This document shows, piece by piece, positions 27,795 to 37,641 of a DNA stretch of 64,000 bases (its first letter is position 1; each line of letters starts with the position of its first letter). The stretch covers positions 4,698 through 68,697 of the forward strand of contig JBMFXB010000007.1 of assembly GCA_049964715.1 (NCBI GenBank), read 5' to 3'. The position numbers and the translations under genes were made by a program. The notes below the pieces were generated by a model. That model was given only the letters and a program-made list of their open reading frames with translations. It did no database searches and was not told the origin of the DNA. The stretch is from Candidatus Dormibacteria bacterium (GTDB lineage: Bacteria; Chloroflexota; Dormibacteria; Aeolococcales; Aeolococcaceae).

Positions 27795-30455
27795 ATGGAT
27801 TCATCGTTTCGTCCGCATACAGTAGAAGATCGTTGGCGGGCTAGGTGGGATGACCTCGCTGTTGGAACTCCACCAGCACCTTCAAACCGACCAACATTCA
27901 CGATCGCTCTCCCCCCTCCCAATGTCACTGGAGTTCTGCATTGTGGGCACGCAGCTGGCTCTACAGTCCAGGACATTCTCATCAGATTTCATCGAATGAA
28001 TGGCTACGATGTCGAGTGGACTCCTGGCACTGACCATGCAGCCATCGCTACACAGAATGTCATAGAACGGCAGCTTGCACGTGAGGGCACGTCGAAAGAG
28101 CAACTGGGACGTGATGCATTCAACGAACGGGTAGAACAGTGGTACAAGGAATACGGGGGAAAGATCCTTGACCAGATGCGTCGCTTGGGATTCATCTGTG
28201 ATTGGAGCAGAACACGATTCACGCTCGATGAGGCATACGTTCGTTCCATTCGCATGCTGTTCAAGCATCTGTTTGATACTGGCAAGATTTACCGCGGGCC
28301 ACGATTGGTCAACTGGTGTCCCAGGTGTCGGTCTGCAATTAGTGATGAAGAGGTGGAGTGGAAGGAGCATGAGGATGCTCTCTACCAGATTTCATATCCC
28401 GTGGATGGGGGAGGTGTCCTCGTCGTTGCCACTGTACGGCCAGAGACAATGCTGGGGGATGCTGGGATTGCAGTAGCACCCGGAGATGAACGTTACCGTG
28501 CATTCGTTGGGAAGATGGCAACAGTTCCCCTTGCAGGACAGTCTATACCCGTGTTTGAGGATGCAGCTGTAGAGAAGGAGTTTGGCACTGGGGTACTCAA
28601 GGTCACACCAGCGCACGATCCCACGGACTATGCCATTGGTGAGCGGCACGGACTCGAGGTTCATTCAGTAATTGCAGAAGACGGCACTATCGATTTTCCT
28701 GCACTTCCAGAACTTCACGGTATGGATGCTGCAGAAGCTCGTCCCAAAATCGTTGAGATGCTCCGTGCAGTCGGAGCTCTTGTGGGAGTGGATCCATACG
28801 TACATTCTGTTGGACACTGCGATCGATGCGGACATGTCATAGAACCCCTCATCAGTTCACAGTGGTGGGTGGCAATGAAGGACTTCATTGGTCCAGCAAC
28901 CGCTGCCGTAACATCTGGCAGCATAGCTTTTCATCCGAAACGGTATGAAAACGGGTATCTCAACTGGCTCGAAAATCTTCGTGACTGGTGCATTAGTCGC
29001 CAGCTTTGGCTTGGTCATGCCATTCCTGTATCGACGTGCAGCAACGGGCATGTCTTTGCCTGGGTGGATGCACCGGAAACCTGCCCAACGTGTGGTGATA
29101 CGGCACTCACTGCAGATCCCGATGTGCTTGATACCTGGTTCAGCAGCGCAATCTGGCCATTTGCAATTTATGGGTGGCCGGAGTCTTCGGAGGATCTCGC
29201 AAGGTTCTATCCAACCGATGTTCTCGTAACAGCGAGGGAGATCATTCCACTCTGGGTTGCACGCATGATAATGATGGGAGAGGAGTGCATGGGAAAACTT
29301 CCTTTCCATGATGTCATCATCACAGGAACGATTCAGGCTCCAGATGGCAGCAGGATGTCGAAATCAAAGGGCAATGTTGTCGATCCACTCGACATGGTTG
29401 AGAAGTACGGTGCAGATGCTGTCCGTGCATGGGCATCATCCGTAGGTACTTCAGGACAGGATGTACGCTTCGATGAGAGCAAGATCGCCTCCTACCAGAA
29501 ATTTGGAAACAAACTGTGGCAGGTGACACGGTTCCTTCTTGGTCGACTTGCACCTGAAGGGGTGGACGAGCTTCCATATATAGAGAAGCCTTCTATCCTT
29601 GCTCTAGAAGACTTGTGGATTCTTGACAAGTGCAATGAAGCAATTGTCACTGTGACAAAGGGGATCAACGAGTTCCATTTTCTTGAGTCAATCGACAGCC
29701 TGTACGAGACGATTTGGCATGTCTTCTGTGACTGGTATGTCGAGATGGTAAAGTCAAGAATTCCCATGCATTGGGACGGAACTACTCCACTCTCTCAAGA
29801 TGAAGCAGCTGCTGCTTGGACAGCGACATCAGTGTTGCATGTCCTTCTTCGTCTCCTTCATCCCATCATGCCGTTTGTGACTGAGGAATGTGGGCAACTT
29901 TTTCCCCAGGCACTGCCCACTCTCCTGGATGCAGCATGGCCAGAAGTGTACCCCGATACATTGGCTGCACGTACTTCCATCGAGGAAGTTGCACGAGCAC
30001 TTGAAGCTGTCACAGCAGTGCGTGCTGCTACGCAACACGGGACGCTTTCACTCAAAGGGGGTGCGACAGTGTACTTGGAGAGAACTTCTTCAACTGCACC
30101 CATTTCTGGAGATGTAGTACGGATCATGTCGAACCTTCTCCGTTGTCAGGTGGTCACTGGCAACACACATCCCCAGTCTGCATCCAATCTCCAGATTGTA
30201 GCTGGAGGTTTGACGTGTGCAGTCCATGTCAGTGTGCACCAGGGACAGGATTTGCAACGAACTCAATCGACCTCTGCACGGCTTGCGGAGAAAGAAAAGT
30301 ACCGGGATCGTCTCCGTGCACAACTGAGGAATGATGCATTCTTGACCAAGGCACCACGAGAAGTGGTTGCAAAGACAGAGCAGACACTTGCTGAAGTGGA
30401 GCACGAGATTGCAGCACTTCGGGGAGACAGACAGCCAGCGGAGGAGCATTCGTGA
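27795..30455 (+). CDS. valS: Valine--tRNA ligase
   Basis: PPPNVTGVLHCGH (HIGH), GTDHAAIATQ, DWCISRQLWLGH, DVLDTWFSS and RMSKSKGN. C-terminal coiled coil. Confidence 0.96.
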   Translation: MDSSFRPHTVEDRWRARWDDLAVGTPPAPSNRPTFTIALPPPNVTGVLHCGHAAGSTVQDILIRFHRMNGYDVEWTPGTDHAAIATQNVIERQLAREGTSKEQLGRDAFNERVEQWYKEYGGKILDQMRRLGFICDWSRTRFTLDEAYVRSIRMLFKHLFDTGKIYRGPRLVNWCPRCRSAISDEEVEWKEHEDALYQISYPVDGGGVLVVATVRPETMLGDAGIAVAPGDERYRAFVGKMATVPLAGQSIPVFEDAAVEKEFGTGVLKVTPAHDPTDYAIGERHGLEVHSVIAEDGTIDFPALPELHGMDAAEARPKIVEMLRAVGALVGVDPYVHSVGHCDRCGHVIEPLISSQWWVAMKDFIGPATAAVTSGSIAFHPKRYENGYLNWLENLRDWCISRQLWLGHAIPVSTCSNGHVFAWVDAPETCPTCGDTALTADPDVLDTWFSSAIWPFAIYGWPESSEDLARFYPTDVLVTAREIIPLWVARMIMMGEECMGKLPFHDVIITGTIQAPDGSRMSKSKGNVVDPLDMVEKYGADAVRAWASSVGTSGQDVRFDESKIASYQKFGNKLWQVTRFLLGRLAPEGVDELPYIEKPSILALEDLWILDKCNEAIVTVTKGINEFHFLESIDSLYETIWHVFCDWYVEMVKSRIPMHWDGTTPLSQDEAAAAWTATSVLHVLLRLLHPIMPFVTEECGQLFPQALPTLLDAAWPEVYPDTLAARTSIEEVARALEAVTAVRAATQHGTLSLKGGATVYLERTSSTAPISGDVVRIMSNLLRCQVVTGNTHPQSASNLQIVAGGLTCAVHVSVHQGQDLQRTQSTSARLAEKEKYRDRLRAQLRNDAFLTKAPREVVAKTEQTLAEVEHEIAALRGDRQPAEEHS

Positions 30456-30916
30456 TTGCATTAGCCATTCCCCATGCACTTGTCGTAACGACACAGTGGC
30501 TTATTGCGTATGGTGTCGTACTATGGCTCGTTGTTGCATGGTCAGTAGTTCACGATGCGATGCGCCGGAGTGACCAGTACTGGTTCTATGCCATTGCTCT
30601 CATTCTTGGGCTGTTTCCTCCATTTCTGGGAGCAATCCTGTATTGGATCATCCGTCCTGCAAGTACGCTAGCCGAGCGAGAAACACAGAAGTTGGAACAG
30701 GCAATGCTTCGTGAAGCTGGAGGACCTCTTTGTCCAACATGTCACTCACAACTTCACGAGGATTTCCTTCTTTGTCCTGTGTGCCGCACGAGAGTTGCTC
30801 ATGCATGTAGATCATGTTCAAAGACTCTTGATGTCGCCTGGAAGGTATGTCCATATTGTGAGACACCAGTGGAGGTGTCTGGATCGAAGAAGGAAACTGC
30901 TGCAGGCACGGTGTAG
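30452..30916 (+). CDS. Membrane protein with PLDc_N-like hairpin and C-terminal double zinc ribbon
   Basis: Two TM segments (..DAMRR...PFLGAILYWIIRP), then CPTC, CPVC, CRSC and CPYC. A 4-nt overlap with valS. Confidence 0.85.
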   Translation: MIALAIPHALVVTTQWLIAYGVVLWLVVAWSVVHDAMRRSDQYWFYAIALILGLFPPFLGAILYWIIRPASTLAERETQKLEQAMLREAGGPLCPTCHSQLHEDFLLCPVCRTRVAHACRSCSKTLDVAWKVCPYCETPVEVSGSKKETAAGTV

Positions 30917-30917
30917 T

Positions 30918-32576
30918 ATGCCTGGAATCGTCACAAACGGTGCATCCCTCCTCATTGCGACGATAGTAGCGATGGCAGGAGTGGTTGCTGCTCACAGGTC
31001 TAGGAGGGCTGTGAAGAGTATCGTTGTCGTGACTGCTGCTCTCATGCTGCCACTTGCTGCACTAGCAGTTCGTGCAGTGGTACAGGGCGGGCCAGAGGTT
31101 GCAAGTCTTTGGCTTCTTCTGCCGCAGGTGCATGTTGTGTGGGACATGAGCCAGGTTGCTGCTGTGGGATGTTCCTGCATTTGCCTTGCATTCGGTGCGA
31201 TTGCCCTTGGGGATTGGACAACTGCCCGCACAGTGCTTCCACTCTTCGTAGGTGGCATCGGAGGAATTCTTGCATGGTGCACAGGCAATTTTGTCTGCAT
31301 GCTTGCAGCACTCATCTTGGTGAATGGATCGTTCATACTTCAGGAGCGGCCGAAGCTGCAGCTTTCGTGGGGAATTGCTGTTCTCCCCATTGCAATCCTT
31401 GCCCTTGCGAATATAACGCTCCTTTCAAGCTTTGGTACGAGCGACTATTTCCTCATAGGGAGCAATGCTGGTGGGTATTGGGTGGGATTTGGCTTGCCTC
31501 TTGCTGGTTATCTGGAATGCGTGCTGCCTGCTGTTGTTGCCTGGAAGTCAGGAACACTTCAACGAGGAATATGGACTGCAGTAGTTGGTGCTGCACTCCT
31601 GGCTCACACAGCTGAGGTAATTGGTCTGCAACAGCTGCAAAGCGGTCCAATTGCAGCTGCAACAATAGTGAGCTGTACGACTATCATGTTGGGCATCCTG
31701 GGATACCACTGGCGGGAATCCGGCCGTCATGCCCTTCTTGCCCTGTATGCAGCAGTCTCTGGACCAGCAGTGATATCACTGTACTTTTCTGATGAGGCAA
31801 CCATCCTTGTCATGATTCTTTGCACTGCAGTCTCACTGCTTGTAATCTGCACTGTTGTTCCGGATGTCCGGTTTCTTGAAGCAAATCGCTATCGCTGGAC
31901 AGGTTGGTTGCATCGGGCAATACTTCTTGGTGCAGCAGGTGTACCGCCCGGGGCTGCAGCCATTGGTTGGTGGTCCATCCTTGCCCTCCTTATTGCACGT
32001 GGTCCAACGTGGACTGCTGCCAGTATCCTTGCACTTGCTGCATGGCTTTCAGTGATTGCACTTGCTGTGGTTCTTGCACGTGGCTTCTCACCCTTGCGGA
32101 GCGATGCCACTCAATCACGTTCACCATGTCTTCGTGAACGCATGGCAGCAATTCTTGGCATTATTGTGCTGTTTGGCACAGGTCTCATTCCAGCTGTGCC
32201 TGTTGGGGGAGTGCTGAGTCTTCTTGCATCAGCAAACCTGGTTGTTGCTTCCTCAACTACACTTCAACTTCCTGGTGGCGTTGTCGGCAGTGCTGCACTT
32301 GGTAGTGCAGTGATCGTGCTTGTACTCTTCGGGTGGGCACTTGGAACCCTGTCGGGAACTGTGGTGTATCAGGATGTGGAGTTACCAGCAACTCATGAAA
32401 CATTACCAATTGGCCTGCATGCAGGCCAGGCAATTCGAGGTCTGGGTGCACTAGGATGGCACATGTGGAGACGTGGTGTCCACTACCTCAATGAAGGTGA
32501 TCTTTTGCTCCGGGATCAACCCCGACTTGCCATGATTCTCGTTGGGGCAGCAATCATCATAGTATTGGTGCATTGA
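30918..32576 (+). CDS. Divergent proton-translocating-subunit-like (NuoL/MrpA/HyfB-like) membrane protein
   Basis: 552 aa with about 14-16 TM segments. LLGAAGVPP resembles the antiporter-like LxGxPP motif. The conserved Glu/Lys are not evident. Confidence 0.55.
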   Translation: MPGIVTNGASLLIATIVAMAGVVAAHRSRRAVKSIVVVTAALMLPLAALAVRAVVQGGPEVASLWLLLPQVHVVWDMSQVAAVGCSCICLAFGAIALGDWTTARTVLPLFVGGIGGILAWCTGNFVCMLAALILVNGSFILQERPKLQLSWGIAVLPIAILALANITLLSSFGTSDYFLIGSNAGGYWVGFGLPLAGYLECVLPAVVAWKSGTLQRGIWTAVVGAALLAHTAEVIGLQQLQSGPIAAATIVSCTTIMLGILGYHWRESGRHALLALYAAVSGPAVISLYFSDEATILVMILCTAVSLLVICTVVPDVRFLEANRYRWTGWLHRAILLGAAGVPPGAAAIGWWSILALLIARGPTWTAASILALAAWLSVIALAVVLARGFSPLRSDATQSRSPCLRERMAAILGIIVLFGTGLIPAVPVGGVLSLLASANLVVASSTTLQLPGGVVGSAALGSAVIVLVLFGWALGTLSGTVVYQDVELPATHETLPIGLHAGQAIRGLGALGWHMWRRGVHYLNEGDLLLRDQPRLAMILVGAAIIIVLVH

Positions 32577-33217
32577 CAATGGACCAGACGCTGTATAGCT
32601 CCATTGCATTTATTGCTGCATTCATCGTTAGTGCAGTAGATGGAAGGCGTGCTGTATCGTGGTCACTTATTGCAGCAGGCGTTGGATTAGCCGGGACAGC
32701 AGCCTCTGCAGCAGGCCTTGATGGTGCCCTCCTGCTTGTGGGTGCTGTTGTGTGTGGAGGTATTCTTGAAAGAGTCGCTGAATGGCTCGTGAGGAGCCGT
32801 TGGCAGTCTTCTGCACAGGATCCACTCCGGGAATTCAGGAGTGTCCAAGAGAAGCTCTTTGGGCCCAGAAGTCAGCGCGTCATTGCAGCAGCAATTGCTG
32901 TTCCGGCAGCCTCCTGGGTGAGTTTCAACATACCTGTTGGATCTGTTGCAAATATTGAGGGGGTCCTGTTTGCATCCTGCATTCTCTGGTTGTGTGGCAT
33001 TTTTCGGCTCGTACTTGCCCGGACGATTGAGGATGTCTGTGCAGGAACCGGAGTCGTACTCCTGGCAACAGCAGTCGGCTGGCTCGAACGGACAGGACAA
33101 AGTGGCCTACCAGAGTATGTCGTTCTCCTTGTGAGCACGGCTGGTATTGCACTTCTTGCCGGTATTCTCAATGGTCGTTACCTGCACCACGTGGATCAGG
33201 GAGTTGAGCATGCCTGA
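32573..33217 (+). CDS. Membrane protein, HyfE/NuoJ-K-sized
   Basis: 214 aa with about 7 TM segments, translationally coupled to its neighbours. The C-terminal GIFRLVLAR pattern loosely resembles NuoK/HyfE. Confidence 0.45.
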   Translation: MTMDQTLYSSIAFIAAFIVSAVDGRRAVSWSLIAAGVGLAGTAASAAGLDGALLLVGAVVCGGILERVAEWLVRSRWQSSAQDPLREFRSVQEKLFGPRSQRVIAAAIAVPAASWVSFNIPVGSVANIEGVLFASCILWLCGIFRLVLARTIEDVCAGTGVVLLATAVGWLERTGQSGLPEYVVLLVSTAGIALLAGILNGRYLHHVDQGVEHA

Positions 33218-34466
33218 TATCCGCTTGGTCCTTGGTATCTGGCTCATCACGGGCGTGGTGGATGGAGTTGTGCATGTTGCTCTTCGGAGAAGAAGGTGGA
33301 ACTGGAGTGTTGGTCTCGTGCTCCATGTAGGCTGGTCGCTTTTGTTGTGGTGGGGTGTATTGGGGATGGGGGTACATCCTGACCCAATGATTCGGGCTGG
33401 AGTAGGTATTATCCTCACTGCAGCAATGGCAACAGCAGTTCTTATGCCACTCACGGGAGAAGTAGATCTCCGGGACTACGCAGTCCTCGCATGGATCACT
33501 GGTGCAGTCTTGTATGCAGTCCAGGTGACAGATCCTCTTGCTGTGGCATTCATGATCGGAGCTGGCAGTGCCCTTGTGGCAGGATGGTGGTTCTACTGCG
33601 CACCTGGCACAGAGACGCTCCGTGCAGCACGATTGCTTGGTGTTGCAGCAGGACTGCTGCTTGCAGCTGCCATATTTCTGCCAGTTCAGGTGACTGCAGT
33701 GGCGACAAAGTTTGCTTTTGTTGCATGGCTGTATATCGCTGTCCTTGTCATTTATACGGGATGCATTCCTGTACAGGGGTGGTTAGTGAGTGTTCTGCAT
33801 CGGCTTCAGGGAAGACATCTCCTGCTGTGGATTAGTGTTGTTGTGCCAGGCACACTCATCGTGCTGGAACGAGCAATCCAGATACAGCCACTCCCTGTCC
33901 AGAACATTATTCTCCAGACGACGCTAGGCATCGGTTGCATCAGTGCAGTGTGGGAGGGGATTCTTTCAGTCCGAATATCTTCACCACGTGAGCGGCATGC
34001 ACGACTCCTCCTTATGGACATTGCATTGATGGTTGTGGGAGTGGGAAGCGGATCGCCATACGGATGGACGGGGACTTTCTTGCTGGTACTGGTTCATGTG
34101 GGAACCCTCGCATTTGTCGGGGACAGGGAAGGAAGTACAACGGGAAGGAAGGGTCGCATGGGTGCCTGGATATTCCTTGGAGGGATACCTTTTACAGGAG
34201 TGTTCTGGGGAAGATGGTTGATACTTCTTGCAGCATGGGATGTAGGGTCATGGTATCCATGGTTCGTCCTTGCTGCAATGGGCCTTGCTTCTTTCTCCAG
34301 CTTCCGACAGGCCCGCTTCGAAAGAGACCTTCCTGAAGTAACTCCTGCCTTTCGATCATGGATACCACTTGGAATCCTTTCGTTGCAACTTGTTCTGGGG
34401 CTTGCTCCTGCAACAATATGCAGCTTCGTGTTCGGAATGACACTCCTCCCGGGGGTGGGACACTAG
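33210..34466 (+). CDS. Divergent NuoN/MrpD/HyfF-like membrane protein
   Basis: 418 aa. GCIPVQGWL resembles GxxPFHxWL, GWTGTFLLVLVH resembles the TM11 His motif, and LGGIPFTGVFWGRWLI resembles LAGxPPxxGFxGKxxI. Confidence 0.65.
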   Translation: MPDIRLVLGIWLITGVVDGVVHVALRRRRWNWSVGLVLHVGWSLLLWWGVLGMGVHPDPMIRAGVGIILTAAMATAVLMPLTGEVDLRDYAVLAWITGAVLYAVQVTDPLAVAFMIGAGSALVAGWWFYCAPGTETLRAARLLGVAAGLLLAAAIFLPVQVTAVATKFAFVAWLYIAVLVIYTGCIPVQGWLVSVLHRLQGRHLLLWISVVVPGTLIVLERAIQIQPLPVQNIILQTTLGIGCISAVWEGILSVRISSPRERHARLLLMDIALMVVGVGSGSPYGWTGTFLLVLVHVGTLAFVGDREGSTTGRKGRMGAWIFLGGIPFTGVFWGRWLILLAAWDVGSWYPWFVLAAMGLASFSSFRQARFERDLPEVTPAFRSWIPLGILSLQLVLGLAPATICSFVFGMTLLPGVGH

Positions 34467-35209
34467 TGGATCCTGTCGTGCTCTTCGCTTCCATTGTCGC
34501 AGTGATGGTGTATCCAGGAGGAGTGGTGCTGTATCTCCCTGCAATGTGTGCACGAGTTGCCCATCTTGTGGAGATGCGAGCACAACAACTCCCGTCAGGT
34601 CGTCCACTTATTGGAACCGGCACTGTGATTGCCCTCCTTGCCTGTGCAGTTGCTGCAGCCCAACTTCCCTTGCCAGGAAATCTCCTTACCTCGAGCATTG
34701 TCGTTGCACATGGTTCATATACGGATGTGGCAGTGTTCCTTGTTGCGTCCTCCATTGCATTGGTTGCAAGTGTTCGTAACCGGTTGGCACCATCACAAAT
34801 GCTCTCTGCTGGCGCTGCTGTCCTTGCGTTACTTGTGCTTGCAATTCATGCCCGATCTCTGACGTTTGCTGCTGTAGTGGAGACTGGTGGATCCCATGCA
34901 GCCTTGCTGCATGTCATTGCAGGTATTGTGTATGTACTTGTTGCACCAGGATTGTTGAGTGTATTCAACAGCAGGATTCATCTCACAGCCCCACTTACTG
35001 TTACATTTCTCTTGTGGGAACTCATCGTTGCACTGGCGATCCTTCCAGCTTTTGCCACTTGGGTTGCATGGGTTGGGGCCGTGTTTGTACTCCTGGTATT
35101 GGGTGGAGCAGTTTGGAAGGCACGCAAGATGACAGTACTTGTGCGGATAACGAGCATTGCATCAATACTCTGTGCTTGTGTGCTGATGGTCATTGGCGTG
35201 AAGAACTAG
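34466..35209 (+). CDS. Divergent NuoH/HyfC-like membrane protein
   Basis: GTG start overlaps the upstream TAG. MVYPGG, QLPLPG, TDVAVFL and AIHARSLTFAAVV resemble NuoH-family motifs; about 8 TM segments. Confidence 0.5.
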   Translation: MDPVVLFASIVAVMVYPGGVVLYLPAMCARVAHLVEMRAQQLPSGRPLIGTGTVIALLACAVAAAQLPLPGNLLTSSIVVAHGSYTDVAVFLVASSIALVASVRNRLAPSQMLSAGAAVLALLVLAIHARSLTFAAVVETGGSHAALLHVIAGIVYVLVAPGLLSVFNSRIHLTAPLTVTFLLWELIVALAILPAFATWVAWVGAVFVLLVLGGAVWKARKMTVLVRITSIASILCACVLMVIGVKN

Positions 35210-35240
35210 ATCTTGTTCCACTGACTCATGTTTGCAACAA

Positions 35241-35263
35241 CCCCCCTTCACAAACTGGGGGGG
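35241..35263 (+). terminator. C6/G7 stem-loop after the membrane-gene cluster
   Basis: CCCCCC-ttcacaaact-GGGGGGG, 31 nt after the stop at 35209. There is no U tract. Confidence 0.3.
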
Positions 35264-35296
35264 CTGGATGGTACGATTAAAAGGCAGGAGGTACCA

Positions 35297-36028
35297 GTGC
35301 GTATGACCAGTTCCACATCTAAATCAATTCGTGGTGGGGAATCCCCGCTGCCTACTGGTCCATCACCTATTATCCTTGCTTCCACGAGTCCACGACGACA
35401 GGCTCTTCTCGCCCGATGTGGAATCCGGTTCAGTGTCCAGGAACCTGGTACTGAGCTCCAAATGCCTCCTGGACTGAGTTGTGATCTTGGAGTACAGCTT
35501 ATTGCACGTCAGAAGGCTCTCTCAGTTGCAGAGCACTCAAGTGCGAATGCATTCATCATTGCAGCGGATACAATCGTTGTTGGCCCTGAAGGACCATTGG
35601 GAAAACCATACACTCCAGAACGTGCTCGGGAGATGCTAAAACTCCTCATTGGGAACAGGCACACTGTGCTAACGGGGGTGTGTGTTGCAACAGCCCATGG
35701 TGAGACCATTGAGCTTGGTGTGAGTCGTTCAGCCGTGAAAATGCGCGATGTAAGTGACGAAGATCTTGATACGTACGTAGCTTCTGGCGAGCCTCTCGAC
35801 AAGGCAGGTGCATATGCAGTGCAGGAAGGCGGAAGGGATCTTGTTGAGGCTGTGATGGGACGTGTTGACACAGTGGTGGGTCTTGATGTGGAGCTTACGC
35901 TACAGCTTCTTTTGCGGGTTGGATATCCGAATCCACTGCCAGCATCGACTGACATTGCACTTCCTCCACGTGGGAATGCAAGGCGACCCTTTGCATCGCT
36001 CCAGACGAGTGGAACGTTTCGCGTCTAG
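35297..36028 (+). CDS. maf: Maf/YhdE family nucleoside triphosphate pyrophosphatase
   Basis: ILASTSPRR, ARQKA, IAADTIV, LGKP and DKAGAYAVQ. An AGGAGG SD precedes the GTG. Confidence 0.92.
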   Translation: MRMTSSTSKSIRGGESPLPTGPSPIILASTSPRRQALLARCGIRFSVQEPGTELQMPPGLSCDLGVQLIARQKALSVAEHSSANAFIIAADTIVVGPEGPLGKPYTPERAREMLKLLIGNRHTVLTGVCVATAHGETIELGVSRSAVKMRDVSDEDLDTYVASGEPLDKAGAYAVQEGGRDLVEAVMGRVDTVVGLDVELTLQLLLRVGYPNPLPASTDIALPPRGNARRPFASLQTSGTFRV

Positions 36029-36079
36029 GGAACGGGAGGAGTAGGGGAAACCGTGCAGAACTACTTTCGTGGGCTGCGG

Positions 36080-37108
36080 ATGCGTTTCCTGTTCACATGG
36101 ACAAGTGTACCTGTCCTGGGGCTGATCCTCATGGCAGGAATCACAGCATGTGGAAGTGGGGGTTCACCGCTTCACGTGTCAATTGCACCAGTGACAGGTG
36201 GAGCACTGCAGGCTGGAAATGCCTTTACCTTCAATGCAACAATTCACAATACGAGTGCCAACCAGGTAGATAATGTTGGACTCAGTGTTGCCCTACCAGC
36301 AGAATCGCGTTACCGTTCTACCCTTGCAAGTAGTGATGTGCAGGTTTCCCGGGTAAGCCCGATAGATCCACAGATCAACTCATCGAATCCTGTGTGGGGG
36401 ACTTGGTCTCTTGGACCTGCTGGAAGTGCCTCCGATACCCTTAGTGTTGAGTTCGTTGTTGCTGTTGCTGGTTCACCTGGAACATATCCTATTACAGCCT
36501 ACGCCACAGGAGGTTCTGCAACCGTTACCTCGACTCGTACCGTGCAGATCGTAGGTGAGCCAAACTATGAGGTTGGGCTTTCTGCAACACCAGGTTCTGC
36601 CCCTGCGGGGAGTATTGTCGCCTATGCTGTCACTATCATCAATACTGGACACGGGGATGCACACCAGGTCGAGATCCTGCTCAACCTTCCTCCTGGCATA
36701 CAGTATGTGAAGACACTGCACATTGCTGGAAGTGCAGATATCCAGCGCACCACAACTTTCGATCCTCCATCAGGATCTGAAGAAGTGTTTTTTGGGAACT
36801 GGTCAATGCCCGGTGTGTCAAACGCGACAGGGTCATCTACACTCACGATTGAGTTCGAGGCGAGTATTCTTCCAGATGCGAAAGCTGGTACAACGTACGT
36901 GACTGGACAGCTTACTGACGGAGCAGATGCAATCATACCCATCGTCAAGGCTGCAGAGCTTACAATCACTCCTGCATCAAGTCCTAGTGCCTCACCTTCA
37001 GGAGGGAGCAGTAGTGGGACAGGGACTGCTCCCACACCATCCGAAACACCACTTCCCAGTGGTGCAGCAACTGAAGGTGGAGTCAGTCCAACACCCAGTC
37101 CGAGCTAG
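36080..37108 (+). CDS. Lipoprotein with two DUF11-like Ig domains and Ser/Pro/Thr tail
   Basis: Lipobox ITAC. Two repeats of the FTFNATIHNT / YAVTIINTG ... LP..xYxxT pattern. Confidence 0.75.
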   Translation: MRFLFTWTSVPVLGLILMAGITACGSGGSPLHVSIAPVTGGALQAGNAFTFNATIHNTSANQVDNVGLSVALPAESRYRSTLASSDVQVSRVSPIDPQINSSNPVWGTWSLGPAGSASDTLSVEFVVAVAGSPGTYPITAYATGGSATVTSTRTVQIVGEPNYEVGLSATPGSAPAGSIVAYAVTIINTGHGDAHQVEILLNLPPGIQYVKTLHIAGSADIQRTTTFDPPSGSEEVFFGNWSMPGVSNATGSSTLTIEFEASILPDAKAGTTYVTGQLTDGADAIIPIVKAAELTITPASSPSASPSGGSSSGTGTAPTPSETPLPSGAATEGGVSPTPSPS

Positions 37109-37197
37109 GGAGCAGGAGCAGAATTCCCCTATGATTGTGGTATGCTCAACTATCGTAATGGTATGTGAGTAATGGGAAGAGAGAGGAGTTGGCGAAT

Positions 37198-37638
37198 ATG
37201 ACGTACGCCATCATTGCAGAAGGCGGTCACCAGTATCGCGTTCATGAGGGAGACAGGCTTCTCGTCAATCGTCTCGAGGCATCAGTTGGTCAGTCTGTCA
37301 CACTTGGAGAGGTCCTCTTTCTCGTGGAAGAATCCAAGGGATCTTCTACACTCGTGCAGGAAGGCTCAGTTGAGGCAACTGTTGTTGCGCATCGTCGTGG
37401 CAAGAAACTCAGAGTGTTTACCTACAAGGCAAAGAAGCGGGAACGGCGTACACTCGGCTTCCGGAGTGATCTTACTGAGGTCGAGATTGCGAAGATTCAC
37501 AAATCCCGTGCAGACCATGCACCAAAAGGACATAAAGAAGCTGCATCAGCTACAGAGTCTGCAGCAAAGGCTCTTGCACGTGCACATACACCACGTAAGA
37601 CAGTTGCTCTTGATGATTCGGAAGGGAAGGGAGAATAA
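37198..37638 (+). CDS. rplU: 50S ribosomal protein L21 (with C-terminal extension)
   Basis: MTYAIIAEGGHQYRV and VFTYKAKK...GFRSDLT. It precedes rpmA. Confidence 0.95.
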   Translation: MTYAIIAEGGHQYRVHEGDRLLVNRLEASVGQSVTLGEVLFLVEESKGSSTLVQEGSVEATVVAHRRGKKLRVFTYKAKKRERRTLGFRSDLTEVEIAKIHKSRADHAPKGHKEAASATESAAKALARAHTPRKTVALDDSEGKGE

Positions 37639-37641
37639 GAG

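Noticed and set aside
30711-30917. N-terminal extension of the 621-aa ORF
   Set aside because: It overlaps the zinc-ribbon gene in another frame. The ATG at 30918 directly follows that gene's stop. Similar track extensions of clpP, obg, nadD, zwf and the 33147 and 34358 ORFs were trimmed.
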